Shown here: in pieces, positions 16,122 to 25,697 of the stretch
Position numbering within the stretch: position 1 is the stretch's first letter
Layout: each line of letters opens with the position of its first letter
Notes under the pieces: generated by a model
Seen by the model: the letters and a program-made list of their open reading frames with translations, nothing else
What the model was told of the DNA's origin: nothing
Databases searched by the model: none
Position numbers and translations under genes: made by a program
Assembly (NCBI RefSeq): GCF_000298215.1
Contig: NZ_BAHD01000001.1
Coordinates: 1 to 32,000 of the forward strand
From: Kineosphaera limosa NBRC 100340
GTDB lineage: Bacteria; Actinomycetota; Actinomycetes; Actinomycetales; Dermatophilaceae
DNA: 32,000 nucleotides
Direction of reading: 5' to 3'

Positions 16122-16783
16122 CAGGCACCTGCGCTCAGGTCGACGGTCAGCTTCTCCACCCGAAACGCCTCGGCGTAGGGCGCCCGGCACTCCATGCCGC
16201 GCAACCGCGCCAGGGCGGAGAACGTCTCGGCGTCCCACCAGTCCTTGCCGCGCTGGCTCACGTAGTGCTCGTCGAGCACGGCCCACTTGGCGTCGATCTG
16301 CGCCCGAGTCAGGGGCACATACACGTTGGGGCGGGACGTGCCCAGGTCGCCGTCCCACTTGGGGATCTCGAAGTGCCACACGAGGTGGTCGCGAAAGGCG
16401 GTGGGGGCCAACTCGCCGAGCAGCCGGTGGTCCTGATGCGCGTCGTACCGCTGGTGCGTCAGCACGAGGTCCCAGGGCTGGCGCGCCAGGTCGGCGAGCA
16501 CGTCCTTGACCTCGTCGAAGTGCGACGGGAGCCGGGTGTCGGGCAGGTCGTGCACCGTCACCTCGATGTCGGCGGGGTTGGCCAACGCGGCCAGGCAGGC
16601 GCGGGACTCGGCGGCCCGCTCCGGCACTGAGGTCAGGATCACGGCGGCGAACTGTGTGTCGGGCCGCTGCTGCGCGAGCGCGGCGACGGTGCCGCCGGCG
16701 CCGATCTCGATGTCGTCGCAGTGCGCGCCGAGCAGCAGCACGCGCAGTGGCCGATCCAGCTGCGGCAGTGGCACATTCAGCAT
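16121..16783 (-). CDS. PIG-L/LmbE-family N-acetylglucosaminyl deacetylase
   Basis: The start is the internal ATG (CAT at 16781-16783) of the listed 16121..17398 ORF. RVLLLGAHCDDIEIGAGG is the PIG-L AHxDD metal motif, and a later HQDH is present. The gene starts 1 nt after the RfbF-like stop. Confidence 0.85.
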   Translation of the reverse strand: MLNVPLPQLDRPLRVLLLGAHCDDIEIGAGGTVAALAQQRPDTQFAAVILTSVPERAAESRACLAALANPADIEVTVHDLPDTRLPSHFDEVKDVLADLARQPWDLVLTHQRYDAHQDHRLLGELAPTAFRDHLVWHFEIPKWDGDLGTSRPNVYVPLTRAQIDAKWAVLDEHYVSQRGKDWWDAETFSALARLRGMECRAPYAEAFRVEKLTVDLSAGA

Positions 16784-16784
16784 G

Positions 16785-17663
16785 TCAGCGGCCCGACAGG
16801 GGTGCGACCGCAGCGAGTTCGTCGAATCCGGGGACGGGGCCGCCGACGCCGGCCGGGCACGAGGCGGAGACGCTGTCGGTGGCCCAGACCCGCCACGGCG
16901 CCTCGCCGGAGCGGGAGAGCTGTTCGAGTTGCTCACGCTCCTTGACCGTGTCGGCCGGCATCCAGAATCCGTCGTAGGGGTAGGCCAGCACCTTGCCCTG
17001 GTGGGTGAGGTCGGTGAGGGTGTCGCCGACGAGATCCTTGCCCGGCTGCAGGTGGTCGAGCAGTTCGCGACGCATGACGAAGTATCCGCCGTTCTCGCGG
17101 ATGTGCATCGTCGACAGCGAGCGGATGTCGGTGACGGTGTGCGCGCCGTTAGGGTCGTCGGCGTCGTCGACGTCGACGATGTGGAACGCCGATTGGGGCG
17201 GCACGGCCAGCAACGAGGCGAGGGCGGTGGACCGCTCGAAGCGCTCGATGACCTTGTCCAGCGGCGCGTCGGTGAGCACGTCGGCGTAGTTGGCCATGAA
17301 GAACTCGTCGTCGCCGAGGTGCGCGGCGACGCGGCGCAGGCGCTCCCCGATGGGGGTCTCGATGCCGGTGTGTACGAAGGTGATCTTCCAGTCGGCAACG
17401 TCCGTGGTCAGCGGCCTGACCTGGCCGTTCTCGATGACGAAGTCGTTGGAGTGGGTTTCGTCGTATTCGGTGAAGTAGCGGGAGATGTGCCGGGCACCGT
17501 AACCCATCGCGAGGATGAACTCCTTGTGGCCGAAGTGCGCGTAGTAGCGCATCACGTGCCAGATGAGCGGCCGGTTGCCGACCATCGCCATGGGTTTGGG
17601 CAGGTCGTCGACACCGTCGCGCATCCGCATGCCGTAGCCGCCGCAGAACAGCACGACCTTCAT
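16785..17663 (-). CDS. Sugar-1-phosphate nucleotidylyltransferase, glucose-1-phosphate cytidylyltransferase (RfbF/DdhA)-like
   Basis: MKVVLFCGGYGMRMRD...LPKPMAMVGNRPLIWHVMRYYAHFGHKEFILAMGY...GFWMPADT follows the RfbF pattern, although the G-x-G-T-R-L loop is atypical (GGYGMRMR). There is a strong RBS (GGAGAAGGAG). The ATG overlaps the upstream stop (ATGA at 17660-17663). A C-terminal tail extends beyond the end of the recognisable RfbF-like sequence. Confidence 0.78.
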   Translation of the reverse strand: MKVVLFCGGYGMRMRDGVDDLPKPMAMVGNRPLIWHVMRYYAHFGHKEFILAMGYGARHISRYFTEYDETHSNDFVIENGQVRPLTTDVADWKITFVHTGIETPIGERLRRVAAHLGDDEFFMANYADVLTDAPLDKVIERFERSTALASLLAVPPQSAFHIVDVDDADDPNGAHTVTDIRSLSTMHIRENGGYFVMRRELLDHLQPGKDLVGDTLTDLTHQGKVLAYPYDGFWMPADTVKEREQLEQLSRSGEAPWRVWATDSVSASCPAGVGGPVPGFDELAAVAPLSGR

Positions 17664-18937
17664 GACTGGGCTCCTTCTCCCGACGCTCCGGGTTCGACGA
17701 TCTGCAGGTGCGGAATGGCGAAGACGAGCTGGCCGCCCCAGTCGGCGACGTAGTGCAGTTGCGCGGAGATCTCGGCGCGCAGGTTCCACGGCAGCACGAG
17801 CACGTAGTCGGGGCGGGCGGCCTCGATGGCCTCGGGCGGGAGCACGGGGATGCGGCTGCCGGGCAAGAACTTGCCGTGTTTGTGGTGGTTGCGGTCGACG
17901 GTGAACTCGAGCAGGTCGGGCCGGATGCCACAGTGGTTCAGCAGGGTGTTGCCCTTGCCCGGGGCGCCGTAGCCGACGACCCGCTCGCCCTGCTCCTGGG
18001 CGTCGAGCAGGAAGCGGAGCAGGTCGCGCTTGACGACACGCACTGCCTCCTCGAAGCCGGCGTGGCCGGCGAGGCTGTGCAGCCCGGCGGCCTCCTCGCG
18101 GGCCAGCAACTCGGTGACGGCCGCGCTGGGCTCGCCGGCGGCATCGGCGTGCTGGCAGTAGATGCGCAACGAACCGCCATGCGTGCTCAGCTCGTCGACA
18201 TCGACGACCGTCAGGCCGCCGAGGGCGACGGCGCGCTGGGCGGTGAGCAGCGTGTAGTACTGAAAGTGCTCGTGGTAGATCGTGTCGTACTGGCGCTCGT
18301 CGATGAGCCGCGCCAGGTGCGGAAACTCCATGGTCAGGGTGCCGGTGGGGGCGAGCAGCGCCGCGAGACCCTTGGTGAAGTCGGCCAGGTCGGGCACGTG
18401 CGCGTACACATTATTGGCGACCACGAGGTCGGCGCGCCGATGCCGGGTCGCGATGTCGGTGCCGGTGGCCTCGCCGAGAAAGACGACCTCGGTCTCGATG
18501 CCTTGCTCGCGCGCGGCGGCCGCGGTGTTGGCTGTGGGCTCCACGCCCAGGCACGGGATGCCGGCGTCGCGGAAGTGTCGCAGCAGGTAGCCGTCGTTGC
18601 TGGCGACCTCGACGACGAAGCTGCTCGGCCCCAGCTCCAACCGCTCGATCATCGCCTCGGCGTATCGCCGCGCGTGCTCGATCCACGAGGTGGAGAAGGA
18701 GGAGAAGTACGCGTACTCGTCGGTGAAGATCTCCTCGGCGGGGATCACCTCGGGCAGTTGCACGAGCAGGCACTCGTCGCAGATCCGCACGTGCAGCGGA
18801 TAGGCGCTCTCCCCGCGCTCGCTCTCCTCGCGGGTGAGGATCGCCTCGCAGGGAGGCGATGCCCCCAGATCGACGAAGGTCGTGGTCAGCGGGGCGCCGC
18901 AGATGCGGCAGGGGAGCGAGGCTGAAGACTCAGGCAT
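17660..18937 (-). CDS. NDP-hexose C-methyltransferase family protein (zinc ribbon, class I SAM methyltransferase and C-methyltransferase C-terminal domain)
   Basis: The start is the internal ATG (CAT at 18935-18937), giving MPESSASLPCRICGAPL. A second Cys pair is present (CDEC). SAM motif I is VVEVASNDGYLL, followed by ADLVVANNVYAHVPD and the C-terminal VVGYGAPGKGNTLLN...YVLVLPWN domain typical of TylC3-like enzymes. Confidence 0.85.
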   Translation of the reverse strand: MPESSASLPCRICGAPLTTTFVDLGASPPCEAILTREESERGESAYPLHVRICDECLLVQLPEVIPAEEIFTDEYAYFSSFSTSWIEHARRYAEAMIERLELGPSSFVVEVASNDGYLLRHFRDAGIPCLGVEPTANTAAAAREQGIETEVVFLGEATGTDIATRHRRADLVVANNVYAHVPDLADFTKGLAALLAPTGTLTMEFPHLARLIDERQYDTIYHEHFQYYTLLTAQRAVALGGLTVVDVDELSTHGGSLRIYCQHADAAGEPSAAVTELLAREEAAGLHSLAGHAGFEEAVRVVKRDLLRFLLDAQEQGERVVGYGAPGKGNTLLNHCGIRPDLLEFTVDRNHHKHGKFLPGSRIPVLPPEAIEAARPDYVLVLPWNLRAEISAQLHYVADWGGQLVFAIPHLQIVEPGASGEGAQS

Positions 18938-18944
18938 GGTTGGG

Positions 18945-20351
18945 CTATTCAACCGTCCTGGCGGCCAGGCCCGCCACATAGGTGCGGAGTCGGTCCTCCT
19001 CGCTCGCCGGGGTGAACCCGGTGGCGACGATCTTGTTCAGTTGTAGGGCGCTGTGCGTCGGACGTGGTGCCATGTTCTTGCCCTCGCCGTAGACAGCGGT
19101 ACTCACCGGCGACACGTCGGCGCGGTCGCGGCCGCGCAGCTCGAAGACGTCGGCGGCGATGTCGGCCCAGGAGCGGGCCGGGCCGGTGTTCGTCAGGTTG
19201 TAGGTGCCGTAGGCGGGGCGGGTAGCCAGCAGGTGCGCGATGCCTTCGGCGAGGTCGGCGGTGAAGGTGAGGCGGCCGAATTGGTCGTCGACAACCGTCG
19301 GGCTGATGCCCTTGTCGGCCAGCATCGCCATCGTCGCCACGAAGTTCTTGCCCTCGCCCACGACCCACGTCGTGCGCACGATGTAGTGGCGCTCGTAGCT
19401 GGCGACGATCGCGTCACCGGCCGCTTTGGTCTGCCCGTAGACGCCCAGCGGGGAGAAAGGCTCGTCCTCGTCGTGCTCGGTGGCGACGCCGTCGAAGACG
19501 TAGTCGGAGGAGACGTGCACGATCGGGATGCCGTGCTCGCGGGCCCGCGCGACGATGGCGGCGACGCCGGTGACGTTCGCGGCCCAGGCCTCTCGGCGAC
19601 CCTCGGCGCTTTCCGCGGCGTCGACCGCTGTGTAGGCGGCGGCGTTGACGATCGCCTGCACCTGCGACAGGTCCAGCGCCGCGACCGAGGCCGGGTCGGT
19701 GAGGTCGCATTCCGCCCGGGTGAGGGCGCGAACGTCCGGCAGGGTCGTCGCCAGAGCCTGTCCGAGCTGACCGCCGGCGCCGATCATAAGCGTCACCGGT
19801 TGCGGCACCAGACGCGACTCGATGAGCAGCGGATGGCTCTTGTCGGCCTCCGAGAGAATGGCGTCGGCCAACGGCACCGGCCAGTCGATGCCGAGGCTCT
19901 CGTCGTGCAAGCCCACGAACGTGTACTGGTCTCGGGCCGCCGGACTCCAGTGGTCGTTGACCAGGTAGCTGTAGGCGGTCGCCGGCTCGAGGGTCTGGTA
20001 GGCGTTGCCGACGCCCCGGGGCACGAACACCGCTCGGCCAGGGGTGATCTCGCTCGTGACGACCCGCCCGTGGCTCTCGCCCTCGCGCAGGTCGACCCAG
20101 GCACCGAAGACCCGGCCGGTGGCTACCGAGACGAATTTGTCCCAGGGCTCGGCGTGGATGCCGCGGGTGACGCCTACCTCGTCGTTGAACGACACGTTCT
20201 GCTGCACCGGCCAGAAGTCCGGCAGCCCGAGCGCGGTCATCTTGGCCCGCTGCCAGTTCTCCTTGAACCACCCCCGGTTGTCACCGTGGACGGGCAGGTC
20301 GACCAGCAGCAGGCCGGGGATGTCGGTGGTGTGCACGGCGAGATCGGTCAC
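18945..20351 (-). CDS. rmlCD: Fused dTDP-4-dehydrorhamnose 3,5-epimerase / dTDP-4-dehydrorhamnose reductase
   Basis: GTG start at 20351. Residues 1 to about 180 are RmlC-like (DNRGWFKENW...GIHAEPWDKFVSV...FVPRGVGNAYQT). Residues from about 186 to 468 are RmlD-like (MIGAGGQLGQAL...NAAAYTAVDAAE...SSDYVFDG...PLGVYGQTKAAG). It is a single uninterrupted 468-codon frame. Confidence 0.92.
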   Translation of the reverse strand: MTDLAVHTTDIPGLLLVDLPVHGDNRGWFKENWQRAKMTALGLPDFWPVQQNVSFNDEVGVTRGIHAEPWDKFVSVATGRVFGAWVDLREGESHGRVVTSEITPGRAVFVPRGVGNAYQTLEPATAYSYLVNDHWSPAARDQYTFVGLHDESLGIDWPVPLADAILSEADKSHPLLIESRLVPQPVTLMIGAGGQLGQALATTLPDVRALTRAECDLTDPASVAALDLSQVQAIVNAAAYTAVDAAESAEGRREAWAANVTGVAAIVARAREHGIPIVHVSSDYVFDGVATEHDEDEPFSPLGVYGQTKAAGDAIVASYERHYIVRTTWVVGEGKNFVATMAMLADKGISPTVVDDQFGRLTFTADLAEGIAHLLATRPAYGTYNLTNTGPARSWADIAADVFELRGRDRADVSPVSTAVYGEGKNMAPRPTHSALQLNKIVATGFTPASEEDRLRTYVAGLAARTVE

Positions 20352-20393
20352 GCCAGAGTCTCTCTCGATCGGGGCAGGGTTTCTGCGCGAAGG

Positions 20394-21395
<1,002 letters not shown>

Positions 21396-21448
21396 TTACA
21401 TCTTAGGCGTGCGCCAAAGGTATCTCTGGCGTGCGTCGATATGGAGTC

Positions 21449-22324
21449 ATGCGCGGAATCATCCTGGCCGGGGGTACGGGCACCCGTCTGCACCCCATCA
21501 CGCAGGGCATCAGTAAGCAGCTCGTGCCGGTCTACGACAAGCCGATGATCTACTACCCGCTGTCGACGCTCGTGTTGGCGGGCATCCAGGACGTGTTGGT
21601 CATCACCACCCCGCACGAGGCGTCAGGTTTCGAGCGACTGCTCGGCGACGGATCCAAATTCGGGCTCGCGATCACGTACGCGCAGCAGCCGTCGCCCGAC
21701 GGACTGGCCCAGGCATTCACCATCGGCGCCGACTTCATCGGCGGCGAAGAGGTCGCCCTCGTGCTCGGCGACAACATCTTCTACGGCCATGGCCTGGGCA
21801 CCCAGCTGCAGTTGGTGCGGGGCCTGAACGGCGGGGTCGTCTTCGCGTACTGGGTCGCCGACGCCACCGCCTACGGCGTCGTCGAATTCGACGAGGCCGG
21901 CGTGGCCCGCTCCATCGAGGAGAAGCCCGCGGCGCCGAAATCCAACTACGCGGTGCCAGGGCTCTACTTCTACGACAACGACGTCGTGCAGATCGCCCGC
22001 GACCTGGCGCCTTCGGCTCGCGGGGAGTACGAGATCACCGACGTCAACCGCCACTACCTGGCCCAGGGTCGACTCAAGGTCAGCGTGCTCGAACGCGGCA
22101 CCGCGTGGCTCGACACCGGCACCTTCGACTCCCTGCACGACGCCGGCGACTTCGTCCGCACCATTCAGGCCCGCCAGGGGCTGAAGATCGGCTGCCCGGA
22201 GGAGGCCGCCTGGCGCATGGGCTTCCTCGACGACGCAGGCCTGTCCCAACGGGCCGACGCGTTGGCCAAGTCCGGCTACGGCACCTACCTGCACGGCCTG
22301 CTGGCCCACGGCCGGGGTCGTTGA
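21449..22324 (+). CDS. rmlA: Glucose-1-phosphate thymidylyltransferase
   Basis: [41 protein letters not shown] is the canonical RmlA N-terminus. An in-frame GTG at 21431 is an alternative start. The gene is divergent from rmlB across a 56-bp gap. Confidence 0.95.
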   Translation: MRGIILAGGTGTRLHPITQGISKQLVPVYDKPMIYYPLSTLVLAGIQDVLVITTPHEASGFERLLGDGSKFGLAITYAQQPSPDGLAQAFTIGADFIGGEEVALVLGDNIFYGHGLGTQLQLVRGLNGGVVFAYWVADATAYGVVEFDEAGVARSIEEKPAAPKSNYAVPGLYFYDNDVVQIARDLAPSARGEYEITDVNRHYLAQGRLKVSVLERGTAWLDTGTFDSLHDAGDFVRTIQARQGLKIGCPEEAAWRMGFLDDAGLSQRADALAKSGYGTYLHGLLAHGRGR

Positions 22325-22328
22325 CCAC

Positions 22329-22420
22329 TGCCGTCCGTACGTACGTCCAGATCCTGGCCGTTGTGCTGACTGTCGACGGTTGCTGTCGCGACCGCAGCGC
22401 TCGGCAGGGACGGCAACCGC
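22329..22420. terminator. Possible bidirectional terminator or structured region between convergent rmlA and the asnB-like gene
   Basis: Nested inverted repeats are present: TGCCGTCC (22329-22336) with GGACGGCA (22408-22415), and CGGTTGC (22377-22383) with GCAACCG (22414-22420). There is also a 10-bp palindrome CGTACGTACG. No U-tract is present, so this is weak evidence. Confidence 0.25.
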
Positions 22421-22431
22421 CGCGCCGGCGG

Positions 22432-24411
22432 TCAGGCCTGCTGGAACTCCGGGACTGGCGCCGCTGACTCGGCCTGCGTCGAGGCGAGGACGCCCAGGCT
22501 GGCGGCGAAGGTGAAGAGCATGGACTCGGCCTCGCTGCAGGTGCCGGCGCGGCGGCAGTGGGCCGCGCGCTCGAGCACCGCGGGCACGTCGACGAGGTCG
22601 CCCGGGGCCCGCGCCATGAGAGCCGTCAGGGCGTCGAAGGCGCTCGGGTCGCGCAGTACGAACCGGACGTCGACCCGGAAGGCTGCCTTGGCGAAGTCGA
22701 GTTGCGCCAACGCCGGATTGTCCTGCGCGAGTCGGGCGAGCAGGCGGCGGACCGGCTGCTTACCGTTACCCGGCGCGACGAAGTCGGCGGGGGAGTGACT
22801 CAGGGCCAGTTCGGCGACGCCCGCAGACAGATACGGCGGGCGCAACTCCACCGACTCCTCCATCCACGCGTGATCGCCTTGCACCGTCAGCAGGTAGGCG
22901 CCGAGCAGGTCGCGCAGGTCGTCGTCGCGGCGATCCAGGAGCGTGGCCTCGATCGTCGGCACGTCAGGAGTGTGCGCGTCGGCGTCTGCAGCCGAGTCGG
23001 GGATCCGCTCGCAGTCGGGTGTCGTCGCGGACTGGGCGGCGGATACGGTCAGGCTCGGCGCGAGCAGACCAGCGACAGGGCGCAGCAGGTCGCCGCGGCC
23101 CGTGGGAGTGCCGGAGGCGAGACGCACGAGCGACCTCCAGTAGCCGCGCGCCCAGCGGGGGCCGCGCTCGGCGTCGAACTCCGGCTCACCGAAGGCGGCC
23201 CAGTCCAACTCCGTGACCGGGCCGAACAGTCCGGCGCGCGCCGCGAGGATCCGGTAGGAGTCGTAGCCCGCGAACAGCTCGTCGGCGCCCTCGCCTGACA
23301 GCACCGCTCGGATCCCCTCGTGCCGCGCGCGGCGCGCCAGGGCCGTCATACCGACCGGGCCGAGGCGCACCAGCGGCACCCGGCGGGTGGCGACGTAGTC
23401 GCGCAACACCGACACGGTCTCCGCGGGGGTCACGGTGTGCTGGATGAGGTCGAGGCCGGCGGCAGCCGCGACCTGACGTTGCCGCGCACCGACCACCTCG
23501 TCGCCCTCGAGCACCAGGCCGATGCCCCGGTCCGCGCCGAGGCGAGCGGCGATCGTCGCGATGATCGTCGAGTCGATCCCGCCGCTGATCAGGCACGACA
23601 CCGGGGTCGTCGAGCGCATCCGCGCCCGAATCGACTCAGTCAGCGCGGCCTGTAGTTGCTCCGCGAGCCCCTCGTCCGACTCGGATTCGGCTCCGGCTCG
23701 GGCCGCGGCCTGGCCAGCAGTCGCCGGTCGGGTCGCGAAGGCCTGGGCGGCCCACGAGTGCTGCTCGAACGAGCCGTCGGGTTTGGCGACGATCACCTCG
23801 CCCGGCGGCACCTGGGAGACGCCCTCGACGGCGGTCTGCCCATCCGTCGGCGCCCAGGTCGTCAACACCCCCCGCAGGCCCGCCGTCGATAGGGGCCAGT
23901 CGCCCCCGGCAAGCGCCAACAGGGACTGAAGGTTCGACGCCAAGGCCACCCCACCGGCCACCGGCGCCACGTACAGCGGGGCGATGCCGAAGCGGTCCCG
24001 CGCGGCGACGAAGGGCTCGCCGGCCGCGGTCCGCAGAACAGCGGCGAACTGCCCGTCGACAGCTGCGAAGAACGCATCTCCCTCGGCCCGCAGGCCCGCG
24101 ACCAGCGCCTCGATCTCCGAGGCGCCGGGCAGGCCGAGTCGTTCTTGCAGCGCCGGCAGGTTGAACAGCTCACCGTTGAAGACGCCGAACCCCCCGGCGT
24201 CGTCGGTGTACGGCTGATGCGCCGCGCCCTCCTGCCAGTGGATCAGACGGGAGGAGGCGACGATCGCCTGTTGGCTGTGCCACCACGCGGACTCATCGGG
24301 CCCGCGCCGGCGCAGCGCCTCCTGCACGACGGCCACGCGCTGCTCCCAGTCGGGGGCACCGCGGGCCGCTTGCACCGCGTCGGGTCCCACGACGACGGCG
24401 AAGCCACACAC
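22432..24411 (-). CDS. Asparagine synthetase B-like glutamine-dependent amidotransferase
   Basis: The start is assigned to the in-frame GTG at 24411, which makes Cys residue 2 (V-CGFAVVVG). That gives the obligatory N-terminal nucleophile of Ntn class II glutaminases. The synthetase domain has the PP-loop VSCLISGGIDST. The upstream 57 codons of the listed ORF overlap the carrier-protein gene and are rejected. Confidence 0.88.
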   Translation of the reverse strand: MCGFAVVVGPDAVQAARGAPDWEQRVAVVQEALRRRGPDESAWWHSQQAIVASSRLIHWQEGAAHQPYTDDAGGFGVFNGELFNLPALQERLGLPGASEIEALVAGLRAEGDAFFAAVDGQFAAVLRTAAGEPFVAARDRFGIAPLYVAPVAGGVALASNLQSLLALAGGDWPLSTAGLRGVLTTWAPTDGQTAVEGVSQVPPGEVIVAKPDGSFEQHSWAAQAFATRPATAGQAAARAGAESESDEGLAEQLQAALTESIRARMRSTTPVSCLISGGIDSTIIATIAARLGADRGIGLVLEGDEVVGARQRQVAAAAGLDLIQHTVTPAETVSVLRDYVATRRVPLVRLGPVGMTALARRARHEGIRAVLSGEGADELFAGYDSYRILAARAGLFGPVTELDWAAFGEPEFDAERGPRWARGYWRSLVRLASGTPTGRGDLLRPVAGLLAPSLTVSAAQSATTPDCERIPDSAADADAHTPDVPTIEATLLDRRDDDLRDLLGAYLLTVQGDHAWMEESVELRPPYLSAGVAELALSHSPADFVAPGNGKQPVRRLLARLAQDNPALAQLDFAKAAFRVDVRFVLRDPSAFDALTALMARAPGDLVDVPAVLERAAHCRRAGTCSEAESMLFTFAASLGVLASTQAESAAPVPEFQQA

Positions 24412-24412
24412 C

Positions 24413-24658
24413 TCAGATCCGCTCGTACAGCTCGCGGATCGCGCCCAGGTTGCGGAAGTCGGTCGCCTGGGCGTCGTCGAACGCCTCCTCCTCCTGCCCG
24501 GTCGCCTCGATGAGCGACTCCAGGATCGCCACGATCGACAGCGAGTCGAGCATGCCGTCGCGCGGCAGATCGTCGCTGGCACGCACCTTCTCGGCGTCGA
24601 AGGCGTAGAAGACGTTGTCGAGCAGCTCGATCTCGACCGTGTTCCAGTCGGGCTTCAT
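24413..24658 (-). CDS. Small acyl/peptidyl carrier protein (phosphopantetheine-attachment type, 81 aa)
   Basis: The start is the internal ATG (CAT at 24656-24658) of the listed 24413..25003 ORF. The protein is acidic, 81 aa long, and has a centrally placed DGMLDSLSIVAILESL (DSL Ser motif). The stop lies 1 nt before the asnB-like GTG. Confidence 0.75.
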   Translation of the reverse strand: MKPDWNTVEIELLDNVFYAFDAEKVRASDDLPRDGMLDSLSIVAILESLIEATGQEEEAFDDAQATDFRNLGAIRELYERI

Positions 24659-24722
24659 GGCTGGTCTTTCCCCTTTGCTGGCAGTGCTGGTTCTGCTGGT
24701 TGGTGGTGTGTGATGGAGCTGG

Positions 24723-25697
24723 TCAGGGACGCAGGCTTCGGTTGCGCTGGTAGCGCAGCGAGGCGGCCAGGCCCGTGGCGGCCTGGCGCAGCGCCGCCGC
24801 CTTCCAGCCCGGCGCGTGTTCCAGCGCCGCCTGCACGGCCTCGTCGCTGGGAACGCTCTCGCCGTCGCCCACCAACTGACGCAGCACGTCGGCCGGGAGG
24901 GCGTAGTAGTAGTCCTCCTGCGACTGCGCCAGCGCGTAGGTGTCGGTCGTGGGGGTGCGCTCGATGATCTGCTGCGGCACGCCCAGCTCGCGGGCGAAGG
25001 CATAGACGGCCGGCTTGGTCAGGTCGCCGATCGCGCAGATGTCGGCGGCGTCGTCGCCGTACTTGACGACGAATCCGGTGTCCAGCTCGTCGCCGTTGCT
25101 CGCGCCCACGACCGCGTAGCCCAGCGCCTCGGCCTCGGCGTAGGCGAAGAGCATGCGGGTGCGCTGCTTGCGGTTCTGGTACGCGATGAGTGCCCGCAGA
25201 TCCTCCACGGACATCCGCAGGGTCTTCTCGGGGCTGCCGTGCCGCGGGCCGATCGCCACCTCGTAGACCAGCGCGCCGAGGCGCTTGGCCACGTTGTTCG
25301 CGGCGTTCACTGAGTAGGCGTGCGTCGCCGGGTCGTAGCCCGGCTCGTACTTGCGGATGAGCTCGTTGATCTGCTCGATCGGCTGCTGCGCCTCGATGCT
25401 CGCCCCGATCGAACGCTCGACGAGCCGCACTCCCGCGTTGCTCGCAGCGGCCTCGACGAAGGCCAAGGTGTCAGGGCCGGTCGAGGTGTCGGGCAGGTAC
25501 AGCGCGACGACATTCTGCGTGCCGAGCGCCCGCGCGCACAGGTGCAGGACCACCGTGGAGTCGATGCCCCCCGACAGTTGCACCACCGCGCCGCGGCGCC
25601 CGAGCCGGTGCACCTGCTCGGTGATCCACTCACACCGCTGCTGTACCGCCTCCGGTGCTGCGACCTCGGTCCCCTCCTGCGTGCTCACCTGCGTCAC
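24723..25697 (-). CDS. NAD+ synthetase (NadE)-like PP-loop ATP pyrophosphatase, without a glutaminase domain
   Basis: GTG start at 25697, overlapping the ligase stop (GTGA at 25694-25697). The PP-loop is VVQLSGGIDSTVV. The distal NadE-type block is GASNGDELDTGFVVKYGDDAADICAIGDLTKPAVYAFARELGVP. At 324 aa it is longer than a minimal NadE as I recall that family. Confidence 0.8.
   Translation of the reverse strand: MTQVSTQEGTEVAAPEAVQQRCEWITEQVHRLGRRGAVVQLSGGIDSTVVLHLCARALGTQNVVALYLPDTSTGPDTLAFVEAAASNAGVRLVERSIGASIEAQQPIEQINELIRKYEPGYDPATHAYSVNAANNVAKRLGALVYEVAIGPRHGSPEKTLRMSVEDLRALIAYQNRKQRTRMLFAYAEAEALGYAVVGASNGDELDTGFVVKYGDDAADICAIGDLTKPAVYAFARELGVPQQIIERTPTTDTYALAQSQEDYYYALPADVLRQLVGDGESVPSDEAVQAALEHAPGWKAAALRQAATGLAASLRYQRNRSLRP

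Noticed and set aside
24412-24582. Upstream 57 codons of the 716-aa ORF containing the AsnB-like gene
   Set aside because: Class II glutamine amidotransferases need Cys as the first residue after Met removal. The in-frame GTG at 24411 provides V-CGF. The extension would also overlap the carrier-protein gene.
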